64,000 nucleotides of DNA from positions 64,001-128,000 of IMG/VR virus record IMGVR_UViG_3300028388_004019; one strand, 5' to 3'. Positions within the stretch are counted from its first letter, which is position 1, and every line of letters starts with the position of its first letter. The notes under the pieces were generated by a model. That model had not been told where the DNA came from and searched no databases. It saw only the letters and a list, made by a program, of their open reading frames with translations. The DNA is from a virus. The translations under genes and the position numbers were made by a program. Of this stretch, positions 27,501 to 35,668 are shown piece after piece.

Positions 27501-28251
27501 TATTACCCGTATAAGGCCTAAAACAAATATTTCCTGGAGTAAAACACGCATTATAGTTAGTCAAATACGCAGTATCCTTATCTAATGCATTACCATCAAC
27601 ACTAATATTAGTAACATCAATATTACACGTAGATTCTTCATCTGTCAATCCATATGTGTAACCATCACCATTAGTGTTATAATAAGATATTGCACCCGTA
27701 GCACTAAATGGGATATCGTTACCACCACAAGGGTTTTGGTCAGTATTCGCAACATCGAACAATGTCAAGTTTCCTCCAAGCCAATTCCAAAATTCCGAAG
27801 AACTTGCGGACCCAAAAACCCAACCCGTTTCGTAGGTGTCACCATTACTATCGATTCTATCCTTTCTAGAGTCTTGAATGTAATTTGTATCAGAAAAATA
27901 GACATCACCATTGAGACCTAATAGGTGATTTTGTCGGTATAAATTGACTAATGCGAAAGTCGGTACCTCCATCCCTGTGGGTGGAAATCCTGACGAACTA
28001 CCACCATGATAATCATCATTTTTCATGGTGTAATCAACCGATTGATTAGGCGTTGTACCGTCGTAGGTTACAGACCAATATCTATGTTTGAAATTGTTGA
28101 AAAAACTATATGTACCACCAGTGAAATATTGTAAGTTTGTGTCGTCGGTAGCACCTGAAAGACCCGTATCCCACTGAATATAGTAAGTATCACCCGTATA
28201 GGTAGAACTCGCGGAAGTTCTTTGTTTGATTACAAAATAATAACTAGACAT
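21547..28251 (-). CDS. Giant adhesin/fibre-like protein with Cys-rich modules, ~7 SprB-like repeats and Thr/Pro tracts, 2234 aa
   Basis: Repeats such as SCGVNTGAIEITGLTGSSPYTYLWSNGATGDTISNLSGGTYSVTVTDSNNC (~23220-24890); CC..C..C modules; PT tracts at ~21940-22800, 25080-25180, 26460-26560 and 26800-26945. Confidence 0.8.
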   Translation of the reverse strand: MSSYYFVIKQRTSASSTYTGDTYYIQWDTGLSGATDDTNLQYFTGGTYSFFNNFKHRYWSVTYDGTTPNQSVDYTMKNDDYHGGSSSGFPPTGMEVPTFALVNLYRQNHLLGLNGDVYFSDTNYIQDSRKDRIDSNGDTYETGWVFGSASSSEFWNWLGGNLTLFDVANTDQNPCGGNDIPFSATGAISYYNTNGDGYTYGLTDEESTCNIDVTNISVDGNALDKDTAYLTNYNACFTPGNICFRPYTGNNGNTIVTAYDNCGACTGGTGNDILYYSAASCCDESVYVFTADTLNGNIRGSLGPQQNTGVTINGECVGAYTQITTGYTITGTIDGYYTPSGEVMCNSCTGETPCLDYYYFEPCNGDDLYRTRQGEYDTAFGGPPVSGNVYKIENVSDIPDGCYTNVNATATTVTFNGYVVDSQSTEIPGGCSDSLCSAPTPTPTPSISETSAPTPTPTPSISETSTPTPMITPTVTPTVTTSSSSNDYQFEDCCGGYFIFSGYTGTTNIVIGQTYNYNFDGTNGVCATAVTYSGSGPSYVYSGVGNPVLAVGCEDGECPPCDSPTPTPSVTPTYTPTYTPGPTVTTSNTPTPTPSSTPGSSTETWSMTACCDSSDSIIVDVNVPGPPNVYVFYDGTSLDSATASGASESIRSWFNSNSSELGSLYEGIVGDNSRNGENWIWWMSYPYLGSMTGGTLSDSTSVVEYSSLNNGVTYSEYDSRWCKANDNGKCVPRKTQFRDDTTVYQRINRGLDLNTGSNDTRSQGVPFNHSNLTTTDESGSGTFNGGDTNYIVINIIDEADGLVGLYHGDFTNNSTLVSNPFNLIGNTWTATTPNNLTTDRVEYDYEQYLKVWEDIKQQNGRIDSLVYPVIDDADSRKGFVPHVVGIVEGETINATEYLSKYGEPITSVGPENLNLLGLSSINVFSAFTATTAYQNLDSSYQNGPGLKNFGVNVDPTVTGFTEAFVAERLDVFLESTDLSQGYGYAYTGTCYTFDSETSGSAVITLDFSALTENICDTAPCICPSPTPTPSVTPTYTPTYTPSVTTSVTPTNTLTPTPSPSDSGSCVEGVTDGTYHYTDCCGFYRSGQSVGEIVPLDPSQPYSGISLNGTPMTQNCDQGDLDYNFSVTGTCEDANGGVITISPFAGVPPYTIDNILPGTLTGGTSNQPFTWTGLSAGTYTFRLNDSLGDSNNEIYVNVNIDGCILTDIDFSGTTCGSENGYIKVSGDSTSLPYQIVLYKDGLVYSNTSSPINPTIYENLPNGEYYATIEDYGGATGQTSTVTLSGVSSLDYGLSVTGTSSCGVNTGAIEITGLTGSSPYTYLWSNGATGDTISNLSGGTYSVTVTDSNNCELIKSATVNVANGISLLSYTTTPTSCLSEDGQVTVYISGGTAPYTYAGQNGYSGTTSDTTFTFTGCSSGNFEFTITDSSNCTLTDNVNIGDLGGITSVNTRLDYVNCGSLGNVTITVVGDGGPYTYSYTGQTSGGTQSVTTSNTQQQFTNLISDTYDYKVEGSNGCCYTGEFTVSATPKFELTITTTGDTCNGGSGVIKVVPSSGYTAPLDYILSDGQSIIDTPLSAYTFYNVEEGGYTLQVVDGAGCSVSETINITGTTGVNVVITVTPGTYTTPDVLSATTLSGTAPFTYLWNDGSTGSTISAETEGTYSVLVTDSNGCQDSAQYIVQDIKTVVSSFPIVEICSDDFSTTTMTKKGFYDLLNEGYLDLIDDLGVSGCTLNSAIFNYDISYDGQVATGSFYTGYTLSDVPSDFVWAELLEDVISLFVGIQGVEVDPIQNSVKITGDCETNEFVDIQVLIEYDLDCSYVPSSPTPTPSNTATPTPTVSVTPSVSITPTSTPAATETVTPTPSVTSSITPTNTPSVTVSDTPGVSQTPTPTVSVTQTETSTPTPTSTITPTVTNSQTPGSTQTPTPTVTQTPTLTSTVTQTVTVTPSISDTPSVTPTNTPSVSVSNTPGVSQTATPTVTPTISETSTPTPTPTSSVTPSVSNTPGSTQTPTPTNTSTPTSSPTVTNTPSSTVTVTPSISETSTLTPTPTNTVTPTISETSTPTPTPTISETSTPTPTVTPSTSETSTPTPTPTISETATPTPTPTVSSSAPLETFTVYVSSTLSENDCDKFTASITKNGSVVVTITKNSNALPVLSTNNFQATTADNINVSVQNATPTGAGCGEAITTTAIETGHITLGNYVVRDSANGNSATASYSFNPNNSNENSIIVRFPWTP
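25139..26559. repeat. 38-bp identical direct repeats at 25139-25176 and 26522-26559
   Basis: gtcggtgtgtaagttggtgtaacagatggggtaggtgt occurs twice, in frame, 1383 bp apart. Confidence 0.85.
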
Positions 28252-31190
28252 TATCCACAGTTAATTGTTACGTTTATACCCACATTCAAGGTGATAGTCT
28301 TATCAGTAAATGATGGGTCACAACCCGTATTACTGAATGTGATGGTGTTACCATTAATAGAGTAATTCAAACCATCTTGATATAAATACTGAAAGTGTGC
28401 AATTGCAGCGTTCAACCATTCCGTATTCGAAGGGGCATCTGCATTACCATAACCAGTATAAAACTTCTCTTGTACGAGAATATCTGAATCCAATCGTAAA
28501 TCAATATACCATTCTGTCACCACACTATTCAAATCACATTGTGAGGTTGTAAAACCACTCGAAGAAACAATAGAGTTAATTTGTTGAGACAATATTTGAT
28601 TAAAAGTATTAGAAGGATAGAAATTACAGTCCACAGTTTGAGTAGCACAATTGTATTTCCATAACGGACCTTGAATCTCACAAGGAACACAATCAATCTC
28701 AACTATTTCACAACCCCTCTGTACCCTATAAACATGATTTTGTCTATGGAATACAGCGTTTTCCATTCTCTGACCACCATTCCATAAAGTTGAAGCAGGT
28801 ATGACTTGTTCAACCAATCTCATCCAATAGTCACCGATGCCATTAACATAATCAATCATCTTTTGGTAAGTGTATCGATTTGATGGTATGTTTACATCTT
28901 GTTGAGAATTTAAGTATTTCCAATATAAAGAGGCTAAAGTCAAGTAACCACCATTACTTGTCTGTCTATTACGAACATTAATCATGTTCTTATAGAATGA
29001 TTGAGCAAACTCAAAGAATGATTTGTCTTTTGGTCTTGGATTTATAACTGTCCAATCAATACCTCCAGGTGTTGGATAAGGTGAAGTCAATCCCGTGGCA
29101 GGAATAGGATAATTTTGGTCCCTACTCATTTGCCAAACGTCATATGTAAGACCTTGACCCATATTCATGAACAACTCAATATTTTTTCTATTCAATACTA
29201 ACCTCTCATCCACAACGTTATAATCTGATGTGAACTCACCAGTACCCTTTCTAACCCCTAAGTTGGTATCCGTCCATGATTTTTTATTATCATTGACAGA
29301 TGTAAGTTCATAACCCAATCTCATATTAGGAAAATCACGGAATTTATTAAAATACTTCTCCCCATAAGTGTATGGTTCTAAAGATGTTTGAATATTCGGA
29401 TTCGAACCCGTGAAATTGGAGTTTACCACATCAATAGTTTCATTTGCTCTGTGTTGTGGTGTTTGTTCAAACCAACCTGAACCCATTTCATAGTAGTATG
29501 AGTCTGTTTCAGGGACCACTCTTGGGTATCCTTCATCATCCATTGGGTAATCACCCCTTACTTCCTCAGTAAACGTAGTAACTGACTGTGGTGTGAAGGC
29601 AGTATAGGTAACTCCCTTGATTTTGTAGGTACTGTTAGGTACTAAGACCGGTAAAATGTCTAATTTTGTACCACCAGTCACTTCTGAAAGTTCTCTATTG
29701 AATTCTGTAAGATTAATTGGTCCATCAGCCATATAAATGGTCTCATTGAACTCAACCAATGCTTTGGGAGCACCAATCATTCTCATCAAAAACTCCAAAC
29801 CCGCTCGTGTACCCTTAGATTTGTATAGATAACCTGAATTTATGATTAGTTTTCTATAATATTCGTAATCTAACTCTTGTGGGGTCTTGTCACGAGTCTG
29901 ACCAGGGTAAATCGATTGATTTTTTGTTCCAAATATTGACGTTAAGAAGTCATCTTCCGTAATTGGTGATATGTTGATGTCAAAACCTAATGTCTGTGCT
30001 AGATTCTTTAGTAAGACCGAAGGAATATCATTCTTTGGATTGTAATTTACTGAGTTAATGTACGCTAATCCATCGATAAACTTCTTTGTCTCGTCAAAAC
30101 TCCTACCATAAATTTGTAAAACCTTCTCCATCTTTTGGTCACCAGTATCGAAGTCTTTGAATGCCCCTGTGACCAAGAATCTACTGATTAGGTTCGTCTT
30201 ATATCTGTCCATAACCTCTGAAATCTCGTTGATTTTGTTCAGATAGTTTTCATATGATACCGTTTGTATATCTAAATTCCATAACCCTTTAATTGGCCAT
30301 GTGATGTTTTCGACTGAAGTGTAGTACCTACCCGAATCATCTTCTCTCGGTACTCTGAATAACGCAGTATATTTAGGAGTGACTAATCTATTCAACAAAA
30401 ACTTTTCGACTTCATCAAAAGAGTCTTCAAAAATTTCTTCAGTGTAAAATTTGTTTGGTCTCAATATGATATTTTCGGTTGACGATGTTGAATTGCCGAA
30501 AGGCTTACCTTGTACAACCACATCTATAGTCCCTGCGGATAGAGAGACCGACGGTGTAAAATCTTGAACTTTATATTCAGTCTCACCAGTACCAACAAAT
30601 AATGAATACCTGAGGAACATCCTTGTCAAGTTTCTATATGGTGAAGTCTCCATTGGTCTGAGAGACATATTTCTATCGGCATTTTCACTAAAATCAATAT
30701 CGAATGGATTTTTAATTCTACCAACGGATACGGTGAACGTGGTTTCATCATCAACCACATCATAAGACACATTGCTCACCGTATTTGCCGTTGTATAGTC
30801 AGTAAAAACCCTATCAACCTCCAAAGCTGCGGGAAAAAAATTAATTATCCTCGTTATTGAAGATGAAAGTCTTTTTTGTAAAGAACCATAATAAGAAAAA
30901 TTAGTAACCACTGATACATCATAATTGGGGTATACTCCGAAATTACGAGCCCATATCTTTTTAGATTCCTCTAAATTTTCTAAATCCATATTCTCCAATG
31001 TAAAGGGATTGGAGAAAACACCCGTCTCAAAGGTACGATTAACCTTTTCAACTACGGAAGTAGTAAATTCAAAATTTCCTTGCGTTAAACCACCACCATC
31101 AACAAGCTGAAAGCCCACCAAGTCTGGTGAGAATGTTTCTGCTCCTGAAGGCGGTGCCGGTGGAAATCTGTATTTTTTTCTACTTGCCAT
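28251..31190 (-). CDS. Baseplate wedge protein, gp7/tail protein I-like, 979 aa
   Basis: LLKNLAQTLGFD..YYRKLIINSGYLYKSKGTRAGLEFLMRMIG is the typical wedge signature; position downstream of gp6. Confidence 0.65.
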   Translation of the reverse strand: MASRKKYRFPPAPPSGAETFSPDLVGFQLVDGGGLTQGNFEFTTSVVEKVNRTFETGVFSNPFTLENMDLENLEESKKIWARNFGVYPNYDVSVVTNFSYYGSLQKRLSSSITRIINFFPAALEVDRVFTDYTTANTVSNVSYDVVDDETTFTVSVGRIKNPFDIDFSENADRNMSLRPMETSPYRNLTRMFLRYSLFVGTGETEYKVQDFTPSVSLSAGTIDVVVQGKPFGNSTSSTENIILRPNKFYTEEIFEDSFDEVEKFLLNRLVTPKYTALFRVPREDDSGRYYTSVENITWPIKGLWNLDIQTVSYENYLNKINEISEVMDRYKTNLISRFLVTGAFKDFDTGDQKMEKVLQIYGRSFDETKKFIDGLAYINSVNYNPKNDIPSVLLKNLAQTLGFDINISPITEDDFLTSIFGTKNQSIYPGQTRDKTPQELDYEYYRKLIINSGYLYKSKGTRAGLEFLMRMIGAPKALVEFNETIYMADGPINLTEFNRELSEVTGGTKLDILPVLVPNSTYKIKGVTYTAFTPQSVTTFTEEVRGDYPMDDEGYPRVVPETDSYYYEMGSGWFEQTPQHRANETIDVVNSNFTGSNPNIQTSLEPYTYGEKYFNKFRDFPNMRLGYELTSVNDNKKSWTDTNLGVRKGTGEFTSDYNVVDERLVLNRKNIELFMNMGQGLTYDVWQMSRDQNYPIPATGLTSPYPTPGGIDWTVINPRPKDKSFFEFAQSFYKNMINVRNRQTSNGGYLTLASLYWKYLNSQQDVNIPSNRYTYQKMIDYVNGIGDYWMRLVEQVIPASTLWNGGQRMENAVFHRQNHVYRVQRGCEIVEIDCVPCEIQGPLWKYNCATQTVDCNFYPSNTFNQILSQQINSIVSSSGFTTSQCDLNSVVTEWYIDLRLDSDILVQEKFYTGYGNADAPSNTEWLNAAIAHFQYLYQDGLNYSINGNTITFSNTGCDPSFTDKTITLNVGINVTINCG

Positions 31191-32095
31191 TAACTAATTA
31201 CATTATTGAAATTCTTACTGAAATCGATATTATCACCTCTATCTTGACGAACCTCAAATAATAGATTATTAAACTCATCTCTAATCTCGAACAAGTTGTA
31301 TTGTTTGTAGATGTTGTTAGATGGGTCATAAAGTGTGTAAATACCATCCTCGAGACTCTTAGTTTGATTACCATAAAGTGCAATCGCAAGAGTATCGATA
31401 TCGTGTTCAGCCATTTCAATATCTAATGTAATTGGGTTAAAATACGTATTAGTAATGATAATATTCTGATTTGGTTGACCGATAAATGGTGTTGCATTTG
31501 GTTTGTTCGACGGCGCACTCGATGGTGACAGTGTACAGAACAATAAGTCACTACCATTTTCAACATAACGATAACGGATAGTCTTTTGTGAACTGTTTGT
31601 TAGGTTTGTAGTCACAGGCTCACAATAGAAGGATGAAGTAATTATCCTATAAAAATTAGGTACCTTCGTTCCACTGTCATTTAAGTATTCCACTCTAAAA
31701 CCAACCAATCCTTGTGCAACAAATTTGTTACGGAATTGAGGGTCAACATTATTTAAATCAATGATAATACCTTTTACATTCGGAAGTGCTGACAATACAC
31801 CACAATCAGTGATTGTTGTTCTCATCTCAGCAGGACGAATATATAAAGTATAAATCCCTGTTTGATTAAACTCATTGGATGGTAGTCTTAAATTATACAT
31901 TCCACCCAATATTTCATTTGTATTTCCACCTGTTTCGTTATTGTGGAAATAAGGCGTCAATATAGAAGCCGCATCTAATTTTTTTAGTACAAAATCTTCA
32001 GTTACGTCTCTACTCGGCGTGTAATTCATGATGATTTCTACATCCTCAGGGGACATATCTGCAGGTCTTGTTATTCCATAAGTTCCTAAAGCCAT
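31190..32095 (-). CDS. Hypothetical structural protein, 301 aa
   Basis: Intact ORF, translationally coupled within the baseplate operon; beta-rich. Confidence 0.6.
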   Translation of the reverse strand: MALGTYGITRPADMSPEDVEIIMNYTPSRDVTEDFVLKKLDAASILTPYFHNNETGGNTNEILGGMYNLRLPSNEFNQTGIYTLYIRPAEMRTTITDCGVLSALPNVKGIIIDLNNVDPQFRNKFVAQGLVGFRVEYLNDSGTKVPNFYRIITSSFYCEPVTTNLTNSSQKTIRYRYVENGSDLLFCTLSPSSAPSNKPNATPFIGQPNQNIIITNTYFNPITLDIEMAEHDIDTLAIALYGNQTKSLEDGIYTLYDPSNNIYKQYNLFEIRDEFNNLLFEVRQDRGDNIDFSKNFNNVIS

Positions 32096-32098
32096 TTT

Positions 32099-33181
32099 CT
32101 AATTTTCATTAATTTTATAGAAACCATAACCATATCTTGTTAAGTCTCCTAAGTTATCAACCTCACCCAACCTTTCTAAACCTTCGAAAGCTGAGTTCTT
32201 GCCTCTGTCTATAAATACTTCACTCTGAATTTCTGGTGAAGAAACCATATCTAATAATACTTCTTGTTTTGTAATTGCACTTACACTTATGTCATTTGCG
32301 GTAATACCTGATGAATTTTCGATGAATAGAGTTGTACCATCAGGATAATCATAGTAATCAACATTATTGATTGTATATGCGGTGTAATCAGTATCCAACT
32401 CATTGATGACACCATACAATTGACCGTTTTGGAAAATAGGGACATTTGTTGCATATCTTACAGAACCATAACTACTCAGACTTGTCAATCTACTCGACGT
32501 ATACCCTGACACTATAAAAGGTATATTAGTATATTTTGAGGATACTTGAGAAGATATATTATTCTCAGCATCACCACTGAAAATAAAATCATAACTCAAT
32601 GGTGTACCTGACCAATTTCCCCCTTGTGGTGTAAAAGTAATCGAACCTTCAGGATTAGGTATTGTAGCACCACTCATAGGGATTTTGATTTCTTTTTTCA
32701 CTTCAGTAGTCCCCCATGGATTTGTTTGTGTAATTGTCACGGTGAAAGCAGAAGCAAATGGATATATATGAGATTTGAAATCAGGTGAAGTGTCATTTAT
32801 ATTTTCAGTTGAGCTACCATCACCCCAATCAATAACATAATCCGCAAGTTGTAAAAATTTTTTGAAGTCCCTATCCGCTGTATTGAATACAAATACTTCA
32901 TAAAAATTATTTGGATTCCCTGAATATACAAAGTTGTTCACCACATTCTTTTGAAGAATATACCCATCGAATGGTGTGTAGTACCCCAAATCATTGAAGG
33001 ATTGTGTAAACATGATTGGTATAGTCAATCCTGTAAGTAAGGAATCACCATTGGTTCCACCACTTAAGATTTCTGTCAATCCGGAATACACACCAAAAGT
33101 ATTTCCACTATAGGTTTCTTGAACGATATCACTCTTCAAAACCTCAGGAGAAACTTTAATATATGTCTTTTGTGTTTTCAT
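32099..33181 (-). CDS. Hypothetical structural protein with a PKD-like motif, 360 aa
   Basis: YVIDWGDGS..SHIY..TVTIT motif; baseplate operon context. Confidence 0.55.
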   Translation of the reverse strand: MKTQKTYIKVSPEVLKSDIVQETYSGNTFGVYSGLTEILSGGTNGDSLLTGLTIPIMFTQSFNDLGYYTPFDGYILQKNVVNNFVYSGNPNNFYEVFVFNTADRDFKKFLQLADYVIDWGDGSSTENINDTSPDFKSHIYPFASAFTVTITQTNPWGTTEVKKEIKIPMSGATIPNPEGSITFTPQGGNWSGTPLSYDFIFSGDAENNISSQVSSKYTNIPFIVSGYTSSRLTSLSSYGSVRYATNVPIFQNGQLYGVINELDTDYTAYTINNVDYYDYPDGTTLFIENSSGITANDISVSAITKQEVLLDMVSSPEIQSEVFIDRGKNSAFEGLERLGEVDNLGDLTRYGYGFYKINEN

Positions 33182-33981
33182 TATGGGTTGACGTATTCAT
33201 AAAATTTTATCGGAGTTCCTGTTCCTATCCTCACGTTATTGAGATTATACATCTCATACTCATAATTATTATAATCCAATTGTAATTTGGTATAAAAATT
33301 ATCGGCCTTATTGAAATTAAACCTATTACTAAAATTTGATTGAGGTTGGGTCATCATCCTTGTAAAATCACCCGTCTTTCCATTAAAAAACTTGACCGAC
33401 ATGTAAAATTCATCCAAATTGATAAAGTCCCTATCTCTCAACCAATAGATAAAGAAACCTTCTTTGTCACCAACATAATCCAATTTGTATTTTGGTATTC
33501 TCACATCAACAACATTTGGTACGAGAGCAGTACCAATATCTGCCGATGTCGTTTCCCCTTGTTGAGTCGGTATCACCACCGTGAAATATAGTCTTTGTTT
33601 TTGACTATCATTAGAATCGTAAAAGTCCAACTTGAAGAAACTATTTTTGAATGAATTGGCATAATAATGAACTTCTCTATCATTAAATCCCGCACCACTA
33701 TAACTTATAGTCCAATCCGAAGCTGTCGCACCTGTAACATCAATCAAGGAATTGATAAAATAAAATTCGTAGTTTATACTTGAAGCCGTAGTAGAATATA
33801 TTTTATGGTCAAATCTTGTAACCTCAAAATCCTCAGTTGGATTGATGACCTGTTCAATAACCTCATCCTCAAACACATCAATAGCATCATCACGACCTGT
33901 CACATCCCAAGATTGTTCAATCGGAATCTGAATTTCTCTCTCAATACCTCTATCTGAAAATCTATACTTATTCACAATCAT
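33181..33981 (-). CDS. Hypothetical structural protein, ~266 aa
   Basis: Intact ORF overlapping both neighbours; start ATG 33981 or GTG 33975. Confidence 0.6.
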   Translation of the reverse strand: MIVNKYRFSDRGIEREIQIPIEQSWDVTGRDDAIDVFEDEVIEQVINPTEDFEVTRFDHKIYSTTASSINYEFYFINSLIDVTGATASDWTISYSGAGFNDREVHYYANSFKNSFFKLDFYDSNDSQKQRLYFTVVIPTQQGETTSADIGTALVPNVVDVRIPKYKLDYVGDKEGFFIYWLRDRDFINLDEFYMSVKFFNGKTGDFTRMMTQPQSNFSNRFNFNKADNFYTKLQLDYNNYEYEMYNLNNVRIGTGTPIKFYEYVNP

Positions 33982-35668
33982 CAATAGCTGGTGGGGTTAT
34001 CACACCGAATCCATAATTCAATGTTCTTTGCGGTAATACCTGAAGGAATGTGATGTCTTTGAATGGGTAATGTGCACCATTTAAGAATGGGTGGTCAACA
34101 CCTACCCCTTCACCATCAACAAACCCATAAGGGTACAAATCTCTCCATCTCCATCTTTGTTCGAAGTTAGAGTAAAAGGCGTAATCAGGAATACCATCCA
34201 CATCATCAACATTTCCCGTTTCAACGTAAGGTGAAAAATCTCTAACCTGTATAGAATAATGTGGATAATATAAGTATCCACTCGGTAAAACAACAGTACT
34301 TTCATCCAAAAAATGAATATCATTATAACTGTATTTATGTAACATAGGTGAAACAACATACTCCTTCATTTCAAAATCATTCCACTCGCAAAAATCTCCA
34401 AGGATTTCATCCCCTTGGGAAAGGTTTTGGTTATAATAAAATGTTTGATTATTTTTTTGGTAGTTAGCACCAGGAATATTATCTTTGTTATTAGAATTGT
34501 CTTTTCTCCACCATTGGTCGACTTCTAATGATAGACAGTTGAATTCCCAACCAACCTCGATAGATGATGTTGACCTACCATAAGGTTTGTTGAACCAACC
34601 CATATATCCTTTGTTTAGTATAGTAACAAATATTTCACTCAGTGGTCTATCATGATTGTCTTTATAATCATCTATTTTAATTTGTTTCTCAAAGGTAAAT
34701 GATACCACTTGACTACCATTTCTCGTTGACACCCTTTGAACGTTATTTGGCGTCAATGCAGAATATTCTAATTTACTATCATTGTTAAATGGAGTATTTT
34801 CGAATCCCATTCTTGCGAGATTATAATCCTTAATATCGGTAAGAATTTTGTGTTTTCTCACATAATAATTAGAGGTGGTTTCACCAGAATTATTTCTATT
34901 AATTACCCTTTTTAATGTACCTGTAACACCATTACCAAAAGTAGAACCAGTGTAACCCAAATCATAAATTGAAAATACTTTACCGTTACTATCATAATCT
35001 TCATCCCCCAACTCATATACTTGAAATAATGATTCTCCATTGTAATTAATTGAAAGTTTGACATACTCACCAACGGAAAGATTATGACTACCACCACAGT
35101 AGAAAGTAATCAGATTTTTACCGTTAACTGTTCTCTTTTTCATAGCAAAAGGGATACCATCTTCAACATTAAAAACGGTAGAAGCACTTAACTCTTCATT
35201 TTTATAAGTCATGGTACGACCTGTGATGTTATCTGAAGCATACGATAGGTAGATGGTCCAATTATAGGTTGTTGAACTTTTCGGGACAAAGTTGAGATGA
35301 CCTTCAATACCTTGAGTTCTGATAAAAGAAAATTCTTCATATTGCGGATACCCCTTCCATACATTAGAACTGACTGAATTTACCGCACCAACATAATATA
35401 AATTATTTTTATAAGGGTCATAGTTGGTTTTACCTGAAAGTACATTATCGAACAGATTAGTTATTTTTCCAGTAATCCTAACTTTATCAGAACCCTGTCT
35501 CTCTTTTTCAAATCTTTCAGCTAAGTTTACTAATACTGTACGGTCTCCCTCAACCATTAATCTTTTTTCACCTTCCAATGAAACATTTAAAGTAGTATCA
35601 AGGGTAGGAGCACCTTTGAACTGTTTCTCACTCGGAACAATTCTTATTTGACTTGGTTCCTTACTCAT
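33968..35668 (-). CDS. Hypothetical structural protein, 566 aa
   Basis: Intact ORF with ATGA overlap to the upstream gene; aromatic/beta-rich. Confidence 0.6.
   Translation of the reverse strand: MSKEPSQIRIVPSEKQFKGAPTLDTTLNVSLEGEKRLMVEGDRTVLVNLAERFEKERQGSDKVRITGKITNLFDNVLSGKTNYDPYKNNLYYVGAVNSVSSNVWKGYPQYEEFSFIRTQGIEGHLNFVPKSSTTYNWTIYLSYASDNITGRTMTYKNEELSASTVFNVEDGIPFAMKKRTVNGKNLITFYCGGSHNLSVGEYVKLSINYNGESLFQVYELGDEDYDSNGKVFSIYDLGYTGSTFGNGVTGTLKRVINRNNSGETTSNYYVRKHKILTDIKDYNLARMGFENTPFNNDSKLEYSALTPNNVQRVSTRNGSQVVSFTFEKQIKIDDYKDNHDRPLSEIFVTILNKGYMGWFNKPYGRSTSSIEVGWEFNCLSLEVDQWWRKDNSNNKDNIPGANYQKNNQTFYYNQNLSQGDEILGDFCEWNDFEMKEYVVSPMLHKYSYNDIHFLDESTVVLPSGYLYYPHYSIQVRDFSPYVETGNVDDVDGIPDYAFYSNFEQRWRWRDLYPYGFVDGEGVGVDHPFLNGAHYPFKDITFLQVLPQRTLNYGFGVITPPAIDDCE

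Noticed and set aside
10355-28251. Diversity-generating retroelement acting on fibre tips
   Set aside because: No reverse transcriptase in the window and no repeat pair seen differing only at adenines; the repeats are in-frame modules.
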